Assembly: GCF_963921235.1 (NCBI RefSeq)
Contig: NC_086097.1
Location: 178,190,001 to 178,254,000, forward strand
Direction: 5' to 3'
DNA: 64,000 bases
Origin: Mobula hypostoma
Taxonomy: Eukaryota
Positions within the stretch are counted from its first letter, which is position 1; each line of letters opens with the position of its first letter. The translations under genes were made by a program, and so were the position numbers. Below the pieces are notes generated by a model. The model was not told where the DNA came from. It worked only from the letters and a program-made list of their open reading frames with translations, and did not search any database. Shown piece after piece: positions 36,101 to 50,009 of this stretch.

Positions 36101-39100
36101 TGGGATAAGGAGGAATTTGTTCTCTCAGTGCTGTTTGTGAGGGATGGGTGGCTATGGTGGGGAAGGAAGTTGAAGGTGGTAGGAGTGCAAAAGTAAGATT
36201 GGTGTGTGTAGGTGCTATTGGTTAGTGCACACATAGTGGAGTGACGTGCATGTTTCCATGATGTGACTCGCTGAGCTCAGAAACGCCTTTCAGCTCCATG
36301 ATTCCCCCACACCCATTAAGCACCCAGTTATGCTAACCTCATTTTATTCTTCTCTCCTTTCCCAGATTCTACAACTTGCCTGCACATTAGGGGGCAATTT
36401 ACAGTGGACTATTAAGCCAGCAACCCACACACATGCCTTTAGGACGTGGGAGAAGCTGTAGCAGTCGGGGGCTGGAAACCCGCACAGCCACAGGGAGAAC
36501 GTGCAAACTCCGTATATGCAGCAACTGAGTTTGGGGTTGGACCCGGGTTGGTGGCGCTGTGAGGCAGGGGCTCCATTTTGTTTAATTTAGTGACGTATTC
36601 CAGATACCACAAAGATACCTGTGACTTCTGGTTCCATCTCAAATCAGTTATCTGCTGCTCCTAGTCATTTGGCCATCAGGAGTAATTCCATGTACCAGCA
36701 TGCTCCAGGGCAGCTTCTGTCCCACAGTTATCAGACTCCTGAATGACCCTCGAGTGACACGATGGACTCTTGAACACACGGTCTACCTTGTTTTCATCTT
36801 GCACTTCATTGTTTGCCTACACTGCACTTTCTCTGTAGCTGTTACACTTTATTTTGCATTGTTATTGTCCTACCTCAATACACTGTTGATCGGTATGAAT
36901 GGTATGCAAGGCAATGTATGTATTTCACTTTAATACATTGATTCACTGGTGCATGTGATGAGAATAAAGCAATGCCATTGCTTTGGTGATGTTGGGCCAT
37001 CCTTGTAAATGCTCCTTGAACCACCCTGGCTTTTCCAGTATCCATGATACCAACCTTCATTCCTGGAAAAATCCACCTCTCTGGTAACATTCCGTGGTCA
37101 TCAGAGTAAACAGGAACGAGTAGTGCAAGGAGCCTGTGAGCCAGCAACTAGGTTCAATTAGATCATGGCTGATTGTAGAGTAGATGCCTGGGACAGGATG
37201 CCAGAGGGTGGTGGTGAAGGCAGATGCTCTTACATGGACACATGAGTGTGCAGAGAATTGGAGGAGTGTGGGCCAAGTGCAGGCAGAAGTGATGAGGACT
37301 CATTAGCTTAATTAGTGTGGGCTGAAGGGCTTGTTCCTGGGTTGTATTGTTCTATGCTCAATATTAAATAGTGACCAACAGGTGTGTGTGTGGCCATTAC
37401 ACAGGTTGTGTGTTCAGGGCAGAAGAATGGGATTGAGGTAAAGATCGAGTTTGGGATGAGGAGTGCACTTTATTAGGTCCGGCAGTGCAACACGGTGTGG
37501 TCTTGTGCTGCTGTAGCCCATCTCTTCAACGTTCAACGTGTTGTGCATTCAGAGATGCTCTTCTGCACACCTCTGTTGTAATGTGGTCATCTGAGTACTC
37601 TCACCTTCCTGTCAGCTTGAACCAGTCTGACCATTCCCTCCTGAACTCTCTCATTAGTAAGGCATTTTGCCTACAGAATTACAGCTCACTGGATGTGCTT
37701 TTTTTTGTTTCCCTGCACCCTTTTCTGTAAACACTAGAGACTGTTGTGTGTGAAAGTCCCAGAAGATCAGCTGTTTCTGAGATACTCAAACCTGTCTGAC
37801 ATCAGCAATCATTCCATGGTCAAAATCACTTGGATCACATTTCTTCCCCATTTTGATGTCTGATCTGAACAACTGAACCCCTTGACACTGCATACTTGCT
37901 GCCACATGATTGGCTAGTTAGAGATGAGCATTCATGAGCGGGGGTACCTAATAAAGTGGTCACGAAATATATATTTATTGGGATGCCAAATGGAATAGCC
38001 CCTTCTGGACCATCGAGCTGTGCCACCCAGCAGCTCCCGATTTAACCCTGGCCTATTCATGGGACAATTTACAATTAACCTACTGACTGGTATAGCTTTG
38101 GACAGTGGGAGGAAATGGGAATGTGGAGGAAATCCACGTGGTCACGGGGAGAATGTATCAACTCCTTACGGACAGTGGCAGGAATTGAGCCTGGGCTGCT
38201 GCTACTGTGCTGCCTTGTGCTAACCTCTACACTACCATGCAGCCTCTTAAGCTTTCTTACTGACTGGCAAGAAAGCTCAAGGAACTGAATGATCACCTTG
38301 TATTCCCTGTGTCCTTAAGTTTATCTGTCCATTTTTTTTCATTGTCTCTGTGCTACAGTTGGGACTGTTGCTGCCTCAAAGCACCAGAGACCTGCGCTAG
38401 ATTCTGACCTCAGCTGCTGCCCGTGTTCAATTTTAGGATCGGAATCAGATTTTTTCCCACTGACGGAGATGAGGTGAAATTTGTTGTTTGGCGGCAGTAC
38501 AGTGCAAGACACAACGATTAATATAAATGAAAATATAATTTATATTTCATTTATATTTTGTTTGGTGCCAAACAAAAAAGAATGATGATGTGGTGTTCTT
38601 AGGTTTATGAAACTTTTAGAAATCTGATGGTAGAGGTGAAGAAGCTGTTTTTAAAACATTAAGTTGGGTTTTCTGGCTGTTGTACCTCCTCTCCAATTGT
38701 AGTAATGTATTGCAAGCATGTCCTGGATGGGGAGGATCCTTAATGATGGATGCTTCCTTCTGAAGTCACCCCCAGTCTTGAAGATGTACAGTCTCCCTGT
38801 AATCATGTGAGTTTCCCTTGTGTATTGCAGTTTCTTTCCACGTCCCAAAGATATGTTTGTTTGCTGGGTTAATTGGCTGCTGTAAGTTGCCCCTGGTGGA
38901 TGGGAGAGTGGTAGAACCTGGGGCAGTTGATGGGAATGTGAGTGTCAGGTTAGTATAAAGTGGGTGTTCGGTGGCTGGTGACTGCTGTAAATTTTATTCA
39001 TCACTCACCTATATTCAGTATCAGCAGAAAGGTTATGTTCATGTAGGGAGGATAGTCAGAGTAATACAAAGTGGAAGCAGGCCCTTTGGTCCAATTCGTC

Positions 39101-39894
39101 CATGGTACCCAGCAAACTAACCCCAGTAAATTATTTCTGAATAGGTTGCAAGGGAAAAGAATTGAATAGGTCTGACAGCTCACACAGACTTGCTGGGCTG
39201 AATGGTAATTTCTATTGCAGTGAAATTTGGGAATCTGACTCTGAATTGAAATTCCTTTGATTCCATTCGTGGGTTCACCTTCCCTCTCTCGGTCACCTTT
39301 TACTGTGTGTTCACATAGGTCATGTGTGTTCCCCTTTCATGGGCTGATCTGAAGCAGCATTTACTCTGTTTCTTTCTCCACAGATGCTGCCTGACCTGCT
39401 GAGTGTTTTCAGCTTGTGGTGTTGTTTTTATACCGGATCACAAAAGGTTCCATTATATATATTTTGTAAAGCAAAGTACATTCTGATCTTTCCTTCTTGC
39501 TCCCGTTCTACTCCTTGTTTATCTGAAATCAGTCAGCAACCTTCCTGCTGCCAAACAGTTTCTTTTATTTACTTTGTGATAATTAGCCCTAATTCTGATT
39601 AACTTTCTTTTGGGCTTCTGTAATCTTTCTTTCCAGTCCTGATGAAGAATCACTGCCTTAGACATCAGTTGTCCATTTCCTTCCATAGATGCTGCCTGAC
39701 CTACTGAGTTCCTCCACCATTTTGTTTCAGTGTGGGTGTTGCTCCAGGTTTTCAGATTGTGCAGTCTCTCTTGTTTCATTAATAGCTATGGTACCTTGGC
39801 TGCGCAACTTAATATATTGGCAAGTGAGCTGTTGTGTATTCACTCTGAAGCTCTACACAGTTGCCATAACTTTCTCTCTTCTTTCTTTTCTTAG

Positions 39895-39971
39895 TTACTG
39901 GATGAAAACAACCAGCTTATCCAATGTATCATGGACTTTCAGAGCAAAGGGAAATCTGCTGAATGTTCTCA
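39895..39971 (+). CDS. SS18: SS18 coding exon 2 (77 nt, SNH/SSXT domain)
   Basis: Polypyrimidine tract + TAG; LLDENNQLIQCIMDFQSKGKSAECS-(Q); GTAAGT donor. Confidence 0.95.
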
Positions 39972-41411
39972 GTAAGTTGACATCTCATCTGTGTCTTACA
40001 GCTTGTAAATATATTGATATGCAGGCAAAGGTACAGATGCTTGTATCTATGCTGCAGCAGTTAATTGGTGCCTGGCAGCACAATCTAATTATTAATAAAC
40101 TTGCGAAAAAATTGGTAATGCAATCACTATTTGTTCCTCCTGGAAACAAAACACAAAGGATGGGGCTCTCATTGAGAAAAGAGAATGAGGCGTGGTTTTC
40201 ATTGGTCAGAGTGGAATCCCCTCTTGAACTTTGTGGGGGTTTATGTGGGAATATGGGCAAGTGACAGGAGATGGAAGAGATCTGTTGTAAAATTTGAGAG
40301 GAACATACTTTACCATATTTCCTGAATCTCTTTGTGATATAGAAGGAAGCCATTTCAGCTCATTACTTCAATGCCAATTGACAATGCAATCCTACTCCTC
40401 ATTAATTGGTTTTTATTGTCACACATACCCAGATACCGTGAACAGCTTTGTTTTGCATGCCATCCATACAGATTATTTCATCATATCAGTGTATTGAGGT
40501 AGTACAAGGAAAAAGCATTAACAGAATGCAGAATGAAGTGTTATAGTTGCAGAGAAAGTGCAGGCAGACAGTAAGGTGCAAACCCGTGACAAGGTCAACT
40601 GAGTGATCAAGTACATATTATTATACAAGAGGTCCATTCAAGAGCCAAGATTTAACAGTGGGATAGAAGTTGCTCTGGAGTCTGGTTGTATACATTCTCA
40701 AGCTTTTGTGTCTTTGGCGTGACAGGCAAGTGGAGATCAATGCTGCTCTGAGTCAAAATCAGATTTATTACCACTGACGTGTCGTAAAATTTGTTTGTTT
40801 GTGGCAGCAGTACAGTGCAAGGCATAAAAATTACTACAAGTTACAAAAATACACAGGTAGTTCAAATGATGGATAGCGAGGTAGTTCGTACCACCTCGAT
40901 AGTAGTAATGAGAAGAGAGCATATCCCAGATGTTGAGAATCTTTAATGATGGATGCTGTCTTCTTGAGGTACAGCCTCTTGAAAATGTTCTCGATGGTCT
41001 AGAATGGATATCTGCAAGAGGTGGTACCTTAAAAATTAGTATCATTGGAAATTTATAACAGAGGGGGCATCCTCTTGACTCACTGTGTTAGTGCAGGCCA
41101 CATTACATGTTATTTCAGATTCATTTACATTGAAACATAGAGTGAAATGTATCCTTTAACAACCAAAACAACCTAAAGATGTGCTGGGGACAGGCCGCGA
41201 CTGCCGCCACACATTCCGGCACCAACTTAGCATGCCCACCATGTCTGCAGAACAACGCAAGCAGCATTAACAACACCACAAGAGCAAAGAAACACCAATC
41301 TTGGGTATCGGGGTTAAAACAATCAGGTAATAACAGTCCAATTGTGATGTTATAGTAAAAGTGCAAAATAAGTAACAAAGTACATGGATAATGTTTTGTG
41401 TTCACTCCTAG

Positions 41412-41496
41412 GTACCAGCAAATGCTTCACAGAAACTTGGTCTACTTGGCAACAATAGCGGATTCCAATCAGAATATGCAGTCGCTGTTGCCAGCT
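41412..41496 (+). CDS. SS18: SS18 coding exon 3 (85 nt)
   Basis: YQQMLHRNLVYLATIADSNQNMQSLLPA; AG / GTAAGT. Confidence 0.95.
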
Positions 41497-42199
41497 GTAA
41501 GTGTCCCTGCTAAATTAAGCAAGGCCTCAGAGGAAGTGACAGCCATGGTGATTTCACTTGAGTATGGCAATAAGTTAGTGACTTAAATTAAGGTCGGGAG
41601 CCTGATGCTTGGCTCTTGCATGGCTTGATTTGAATTAAATTAGGAAATAGTTTGGCCATGTTCTCCTGTTTTATTGTCACATGTACTGGGACACAGTTGA
41701 AAAACTTGTCTTGCATAATGTTCATACAGTTGGTCAAACAGTGAAAAGCAATAACAGATTGCAGAATAAAGTGTAGCAGCTACAGAGAAAGTGCACTGCA
41801 CGTAAACAGTAAAGTGCAAGGTAGATTGTGAGGTCAAGAGTCCATCTTATCATACTGGGAACTGTTAACTAGTCTAACAGTTGGATCGAAGCTGTCTTGG
41901 AGCCTGGTGGTAGGTGCTTTCGGGCTTTTGTTTCTTTGGCTAAATGGAAAGGGGGTGAAGAGACAATGTCTGGAATGGGTGGGGTCTTTGATTATGCTGG
42001 GTGTTTCACTGAGGCAGTGAGGTGTAGACAGAGTCCATATTTTCCACGATCTGCTGGCAATCCCACTGTCTGCTGGGTTCACGGTTCTGTGATTGAACTG
42101 TTATGATATTGTCTGTACATCTGCTGGAACAGCAGTGAGGGTCAAGGGGGAGTTGCTGAGAGAGCTGCTATTAATTTTGTTTATGCCCTTGTGTTGCAG

Positions 42200-42353
42200 C
42201 CTCCATCACAGACCATGCCAATGGGACCAGGATCAATGAACCAGACTGGAATGAACCAGCTTCCCCATACACACAACATGTCAGCAGAGGGCATGGGTGG
42301 AGGGGGTGTCCCTGCGCCTCACATGCAGAATCAGATGAATGGGCAGATGCCTG
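42200..42353 (+). CDS. SS18: SS18 coding exon 4 (154 nt)
   Basis: PPSQTMPMGPGSMNQTGMNQLPHTHNMSAEGMGGGGVPAPHMQNQMNGQMP-G; CAG / GTGAGT. Confidence 0.95.
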
Positions 42354-42901
42354 GTGAGTTGCTCCCTGGTGTGATTGGGCCTTGGTATAACTGTACCAAT
42401 TGAGTAACTCGGAGGACTCAACGAAGTGACAAAGCTGTTGACACTTCTGTTTGACAGCTCCAGCCATCTGGGTTTGAGCTCCGTTGCTCTGGCTCTGTCT
42501 CTGTCTCTTCCCTGGTGCTCTGGTTTCCTCCCACATCAGTTAATTTCCTACTGTATGTTTTCCCTTGATGTATTTAAGTGGCTAAAGAACACAAAGGTGG
42601 TTAATGGATGTGAGAGGGAGAGATATTTGCAGGGAAATGGTCATGGTATCATACAGAACAGAAAGAGGCCTTTTAGCCCTGCTAGTTTATGCTGACCAAG
42701 ATTCCCACTTGCCCAAGTTTGACCCATATCCTTAAATCTTTCCTACGCATGTACCTGATCATGTATTTTAAATGCTGTTAATGTTGGAGACGGGTAATTG
42801 AATGTTTTTTTTTGTTGAAAACTGCCTCTCAACTGTTTGGTAAACTTTTTTTGCTGTCACATACCAAGGTAGAGTGTGAACTTTGTTTTACATGCCACTC
42901 G

Positions 42902-45160
42902 ATTAGGGAACCCCTTGGAAGTAGTGATCATAATATGATTGAGTTCAGTTTCAAATTTGAAAAGGAGAAGCTGGTATCAGGTGTATCGATATTTCAGTGG
43001 AACAGGGGAAATTACAGTGGTATGAGGGAGGAACTGGCCCAAGTCGATTGGAAAAGTAAGCTAAATGGAGGCTTGGCAGAGCAGAATTGGATGAAATTCC
43101 TACAAGAAATAAGGAAAATGCAGGAAAAATATATTCCAAGAAAAAAAATCATGAATGGAAAAATGGCACAAATGTGGCTAACGAGAGAGATTAAGGCAAA
43201 AATAAAAGCAAAAGAAACGGCGTACAAGGAAGCAAAAATTACTGGGGAAAATGAGGACTGGAAGACTTTTAAAAACTTACAGAAGGAAACTAAGGAAGTC
43301 ATTAGGAAAGAAAAGATGAATTATGGAAGGAAGTTGGCGATTTACATAAAAAAAGGAGTTTTTAAAAAATATATGAAGAGTAAAAGAGTGACAAGGGTAG
43401 ATACGGGACCGATTGAAAATGATGCTGGAGAAATTATAATGGATAACAAAGAGATGGTGGAGGAACTGAATGAGTATTTTGCATCAGTCTTCACAGTGGA
43501 AGACATGAGCAATATACCTGATAGCCAGAGGTATCAGGGAATAGAATTAGGTACAGTCAAGATTACTAGAGAGCAAGTGCTGGAGAAGCTAAGTGGACTA
43601 AGAATAGATAAGTCTCCTGGTCTGGATGAGGTGCACCCAAGGGTTCTGAAGGAGGTGGCTTTGGAGATTGTGGAAGCATTGGAAATGATCTTCCAGGAAT
43701 CAAAAGACTCTGGCATGGTTCCGGAGGACTGGAAGGTTGCAAATGTAGTTCCGCTATTTAAGAAAGGAAGGAGGCAGCAAAAAGAAAATTACAGAGCTAT
43801 TAGTCTGACCTCGGTAGTTGGAAAGATATTGGAGTCAATCCTCAAGGATGAGGTTATGAAATACCTCGAGGTGCATGACAAGATAGGCCGAAGCCAGCAT
43901 GGTTTCATGAACGGAAGATCCTGCCTCACCATCCTATTGGAATTTTTTGAGGTAATCTCAAATAAGATTGACAAGGGAGAGGCTGTGGATGTTGTGTATT
44001 TGGATTTTCAAAAGGCCTTCGATAAGGTGTGGCATATGAGGCTGCTTAATAAGGTGAGAGCCCATGGAATTATAGGAAAGATATTGAAATGGGTGGAGCA
44101 TTGGCTGATAGGCAGAAAGCAAAGGGTGGGAATAAAGGGATCCTATTCTGATTGGTTGTCAGTTACTAGTGGTGTTCCGCAGGGGTCGGTGTTGGGGCTG
44201 CTTCTTTTTACGATGTATATCGATGATTTGGATTATGGATTAGATGGTTTTGTGGCTAAGTTTGTGGATGACACCAAGATAGGTGGAGGAGCAGGAAATG
44301 TTGAAGAAATGGAAAGGTTGCAGAGAGACTTAGTCAGTTTAGGAGAGTGGGCGAAGAAATGGCAGATGAGATACAACGTTGACAAATGTATGGTTGTACA
44401 TTTTGGAAGAAGAAATAATCGGGCAGATTATTATTTAGATGGGGAGAAAATTCAAAACTCGGAAGTGCAAAGGGACTTGGGGGTCCTCGTGCAGGATACC
44501 CTAAAGGTTAACCACCAAGTTGGATTGGCGGTAAGGAAAGCAAATGCTATGTTGGCATTCATTTCAAGAGGAATAGTGTATAAGAGTAAGGAGGTGTTGA
44601 TGAGGCTCTATGGGGCATTAGTGAGACCTCATTTGGAATACTGTGTGCAGTTTTGGGCCCCCTGTCTTAGAAAGGATGTACTGATGTTGGAGAGAGTTCA
44701 GAGAAGATTTACGAGGATGATTCCTGGAATGCAGGGGCTAACATATGAGGAGCGTTTGTGGGCTCTTGGACTGTATTCATTAGAGTATAGAAGAATGAGA
44801 GGGGATCTCATAGAAATATTTCGAATGTTGAAAGGGTTGGACAGAGTAGATGTGGAAAGGTTGTTTCCCTTGGTGGATGAGTCCAGGACAAGAGGGGACC
44901 CAGTTAAAACAGAGATGAGGAGTAATTTTTTTAGCCAGAGGGTCGTGGATTTGTGGAATTCGTTGCCACATACAGCTATGGAGGCCCGATCATTGAGGGT
45001 GTTTAAGGAGGAGATTGACAGGTATCTAATTAGGGTATCAAGGGATATGGGGAAAAAGCCGGAAATTGGAACTAGATGGGTGAATAGTTTAGCTTATGGG
45101 GGAGCTGCGGAGCAGACTCGATGGGCCAAATGGCCTACTTCTGCTCCTTTCTTGTCTTGT
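42902..45160 (+). mobile_element. CR1-clade LINE, 5'-truncated, with uninterrupted linker-RT-C-terminal ORF
   Basis: 785-aa supplied ORF (about 750 aa element-derived): SDHN, NYRAISLTS, DFQKAFDKV, PQGSVLG, FVDD; (TCTTG)n tail; possible CTCG TSD (42898-42901 / 45161-45164); splits an older Rex-tail repeat. Confidence 0.92.
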
Positions 45161-47039
45161 CTCGTATAGATCATCACATCTGTACATTGATGTCATACAA
45201 GATAAAACAGTAGCAGCACAGAATAAAGCAGTAACAGATAAAGTGCAGTATGGACGTAGGTCTCTGTGGCTCACTCTCATATCTTGGAACAAAAAGCAAT
45301 GCAGCAGGCTGTAACAGTGACTGTCGATCTCCCTTTTCACTGTGAAAATAGGTCCCTTAGTGAGAGAGAGAGAGCCTGTGGTATGTTGAACTGTTGGGTA
45401 AACAGGTTTTTTTTCTGATTAGATCATGGTCTCTCTTTGGGTGCTTCGTTGATGGCTGGTGAACACCAATGCTTTTTGCTGAAGTGGGCGGGGGGAGGCT
45501 GATGCTTGATGCTGCTGCTTGTACAGGAAAGGGGGACTTCGGGGTTCTAACACTGTCTTTTGGGGTTCTGTTTTTTGTGGATGTCTGTAAAGACTAGTGT
45601 TTCAGGTTGTATACTGTACACATTCTCTGATAATAAACGGAACGGTTTGGGGGAAAAAAAGGTGCAAGACGATGGCAGGGTACATTTTAAGGTCAAGAGC
45701 CCATCTTATCTTTCTAGGAGACTGTTCAATAGTCTGACAACAGTGGGACCGAAGCTGTTCTTGAGCCCAGTGAAATGTGCTTTCAGGCTTTTTTGTCTTC
45801 TACCCAATAGAAGGGGTGGCGGGGAGAAGAGATAATGTGAGGGGTATTTGATAATGTTGCTGCTTTACTGAAGCATTGAGAACAGTTAAAAACACATGAC
45901 CCAAACTGTAATAATAAATGCATATACCCAAGTGCAAGTCTTGTGTTTGCAGAGCCTTCTGGCCTTGGATGGGTGGTGATTAAACTATCCTGTAAACCTT
46001 CCGCTTTACTGATCCTTGGAGAGTTTTAGGACAGAGACCAAGACAAGCTTCTCCCCAGAACTGTACATTGCCCAGACTGCAGGAAAAACATCCCACACAA
46101 GAGAAAGACCACTTCCTCTGGCAAGGGACAGCTGCAACATGATTGGGGGGTGGGGGAAAAGGAGTAACCATAATTGAAACCAGTCGGTTTATGAAGCTTT
46201 CACGTGCAGGATGGTGGGATAGGGAGTTCAGATAGTCCTAGAGTAGCACAGCATGGAAGCAGAACCTCTTCCCTGTTGGCATTTGGCACGTAACCCTCCA
46301 AGCTCCTCCCCTCCATGTACCTCTCTAATCAGGCAGAAGATACAAAAGTCCATACCACCAAGCTCAAAAACAGCTTCTATCCCATTGTTATCAGACTCTT
46401 GAACAGACCTCTCGTACGATAAGATGGACTATTAGCCTTGCAATCTACCTCGTTGTGATCTTGCTCTGTATTGTTTACCTACACACCACTTTCTCAGCAG
46501 ATTTTACACTTTATTCTATGCTATTGTTGCTTTCCCTTATTCTAGTTAAATGCATTGTGTAATGGTTCAATCTGTACAAACGTTATACAAGACAGCATTT
46601 TCGCTCTATCTTGTTACATATGACAATAATAAAGCAATTCCAATTGCTCCCACCTAGACCACTTCCTCTGGCAGCTCATCCCCTCTGCATAAAGAAGTTC
46701 TCTCTCTTGTGTCTTTTAAAATCCTGGTAAAGGGGTTCAGTCTGACTTATGCCAGCGATATTAAACCTGATTCTGATGAGAGTTGAAGGAAGTGAAAGGA
46801 AACAATTCTTTTCTGGGCAAAAAGGTCAATGATGGGAACTGGTCAAAGGAGTAAAGGAATGATTCAATAAGTTGCTGTAATGGGACTGTACTGTTGGAAA
46901 GGAAGGTTTAGGAGAGGGGCTTTCAGAAGGAACCAGGTAACTGGATGTAATGAGCTGAATTGTCACCGCTTTTTTCGATATGAAGACGTACTTTGCCTTG
47001 CAATGTGTGCCCGCCAGCCGGCCAGTTTTTAGACCATAA

Positions 47040-47395
47040 CACCATAAGACATAGGAGCAGAATTAGGCCCTTTGGCCCATCAAGTCTGCTCCGCCATTCA
47101 ATCATGGCCGAATCTTTTTTTATCTCCTCTTCAACCCCAGTTACTGCCCTTCTCCTCATAACCTTCGATCCATGTCCAATCTAGAACCTATCAATCTCTG
47201 CCTTAAATACACCCAATGACCTGGCTTCCACAGCTGCATGTGGCAATAAATTCCACGAATTCACCACCCTTTGGCTAATTAAGTTAATCCGCTTCTCTGT
47301 TTTGAAAGGGCGCCCCTCTATCCTGAGGCTGTGCTCTCTTGTCCTAGACTCACCCACTGTGGGGAAACATTCTTTCCACGTCTACTTTTTGTATC
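47040..47395 (-). mobile_element. CR1 3' end fragment
   Basis: ACCATAAGACATAGGAGCAGAATTAGGCC.. homologous to 4069-4420. Confidence 0.75.
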
Positions 47396-47979
47396 GACTT
47401 CATTGAACGTAGAATAGTAGGCACCTCCATGACTGAGCTCGGAGTTCCAGAGCCCACTTGGTGCCTCCGTGTACACACATGCACAACCCACGGTGGCCAG
47501 GTAGTGATCGACAACAGATTTTGTTCCTCTGAATTGTAATTCTACTGATCTCCGATGCACTCTGCGTGGTTCGTGTTCTCTCTGTACTGGTGTCAGTTTC
47601 CCCTGAGTGCTCTTGGTTCCTGCCTATCCTGCACACACTAAAGCTGCAAGATTCGTTGAGAGCTGCAGATGGGTGGTAGAATCTTGGGGAGAGTTGTTGG
47701 GATTTTGGGGAGAATGGAATGGGATCAGTGTACGTGGGGACTCGAATAGACCAGGGCCAGTTTCCATGCGTTATGACTCTTGTCTAGGCTCCACACAGCC
47801 AAGGACCAGACCCAACAGGTTCCCTGTCCATCTTGATTGCCAAAACGGTACATTTGTATAGCATCCTTTCATGGACAACTTCCCAGTGTGCTTCACAGCA
47901 ACATTATCAATGGAAGTGTGACCAGAGGCACATTAGATTTGCTATAAAGTTAAAATTCACACTTTGAAAGGGAGAATAA

Positions 47980-49186
47980 AACTACACCTGTGCGAATCCC
48001 TGCAGCATCTAGTGACCCTGTGATCTCTGTCTCAGAGTCTGATGTCAAGGTCATCTTTCAAGAGGGTGAACCTTTGCAAAGTGTCAGGCTCTGAAAATCT
48101 GTGCCAGATAACTGGCAGGAGTGTTCAAGGACGTTTTCAGTCTCTCACTGCTACAGCCAGAGCCTCATACCTACTTCAACAGGGATACGATCATATCAGT
48201 GCCCACGAAGAGAAGGGTGAGCTGCCTCAATGACTGTCGCCCAGTGGTACTTGTATCTACTTTGATCAGTGCTTTGAGGGGTTGATCATGGCAAGAAGCA
48301 ACTCCTGCCTAAGCAAGGACCTAAATCCACTGCAATTTGCTTATTGCCACAATTGGTCTACAGTGAATACAATCTCACTGGCTCTCCACTCAGCCTTGAT
48401 AATAGCAATTGTTACATCAGGCTGCTGTTTATTAACTACAGCTCCGTATTCAACACAATTATACCCTCAGTTCTAATCAATAAGCTCCAAAACCTGGTCC
48501 TCTGAACTTCCCTCTGCAACTGGATCCCTGACTTCCCCTTTTGGAAACCACAGTCTGTGCAGATCGGAAATAACATCTCCTCGCTGACAATCAATGGTGG
48601 TGCACATCAAGGATGTGTGCATAGGCCACTGCTCTACTCTACTCTACACCCAAGATTGTGTTGCTAGGCATAGCTCAAACGCCATCTATATATTTGCTGA
48701 CGATACAGCTATTGTTGGCAGAATTTCAGATGGTGACAAGGAGGTGTACAGAGTAAGATAAATCAGTTGGTTGAGTAGTGCCACAACAACATCAATACTC
48801 CACGTCAGTGAGACCAAGGAACTGATTGTTGACTTCAGGAAGGGGAAGTAAAGGCAACACACAGTCTTCCTCAGAATGGGAAAGGGTGAGCATTTTCAAG
48901 TTCCTGGGTGTCTGAGGATCAATCCTCAGGGTCCAACATACTGATGCAATTACAAAGTGGGCACGGCAATGGTTATATTTCATTAGGAGTTTGAGGTGAA
49001 TTGTTACATCACCAAAGAAACTTACAGATTTCTACAGATGAACCATGCACAGTATTCTAACTGGTTGTATCACTGTTTGGTCTGGAAGGACCATTACAGA
49101 GGATTGAAATAAGCTGCAGAATGTTGTAAATTCAGCCAGCTCCATCGTAGGCAATAACCTGCTCGGCATCCAGGAAATCTTCCAAA
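47980..49186 (+). mobile_element. Rex1/Babar LINE RT fragment (degenerate); resumes at about 50010-50180
   Basis: [15 protein letters not shown]; homologous to 7364-8270. Confidence 0.8.
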
Positions 49187-50009
49187 GGTCGAAATTAATG
49201 TCAGAGAAATGTACACAATATACATCCCGAAATGCTTTTTCCTTTGCAAACATTCATGAAAACAGAGAAGTGCCCCTAAGAATGAGTGACAGTTAAACGT
49301 GAGAACCCCAAAGTCCCCCCCCCCAGCTCCCCCCTCCCATGCATAAGCGGCAGCGAGCAACGATCCCCCTTCCCCCACCAGCAAAAAAAAAGCACATCAG
49401 TATCATCACCAAGCCCAAGCATGTGCTAAGCAGTAGCAAAGACACAGACCAAAGTTGCCCCAAAGGCTTCGCATTTCATCTGACATTCGACAAACTACAG
49501 GTTCTCTCTCTCCCTGGCAAGGGAGAGGGAGGTGTCCCCAATTTTCACAGCAAGCGGGAGACATAACAACAACCCGCTGGTTTACGATGTTAAAAGTCCG
49601 TTTTGTCACTTTTTTTCGAAATCTGTGTCCGAAGATTGCAAAGACCTCGGGTCTTTGGACCCACAGCAAAGGATTTTCTGGCCTCCCCGACGACACACAA
49701 GTCTCCTGCCGTGACACCAAACCTCGATCCGCCCGTCTCCAGAGCCCCGAGATCTTAGGCTTCCAAACACCATTGAGACTCTCAGGTCAAACCCTTGGCA
49801 TGTCGAATAACAGCCAGTCGTGGAACCCTAAGAATGGGTCCCATTCCCTTAAAGAACCAAAGCCTATGTGTCACTCCAGGTCAGGGTCTTCAAAAGAACC
49901 CTGAAAGGGAAAAATAAAAATATTAAAGGTGGAAATAGAGCTGTTTCCGAAGATGCAGGCAATGGAGTCATCATTAGGCACCATTATTCCTCCTAAGCTC
50001 CGCCTTATT
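49187..50009 (-). mobile_element. Non-coding ~820-bp interspersed element nested in the Rex1/Babar copy
   Basis: Interrupts a colinear LINE; its left end is the reverse complement of the repeat ends at 45530-45640 and 20410-20500; no recognisable ORF or TSD. Confidence 0.55.

Noticed and set aside
38520..38558. AT-rich palindrome AATATAAATGAAAATATAA/TTATATTTCATTTATATT
   Set aside because: Short, low-complexity and inside a decayed LINE tail; no evidence of function.
39689..40264. 191-aa plus-strand ORF overlapping SS18 exon 2
   Set aside because: Different frame from the SS18 exon, begins in a repeat fragment, and has no recognisable similarity.
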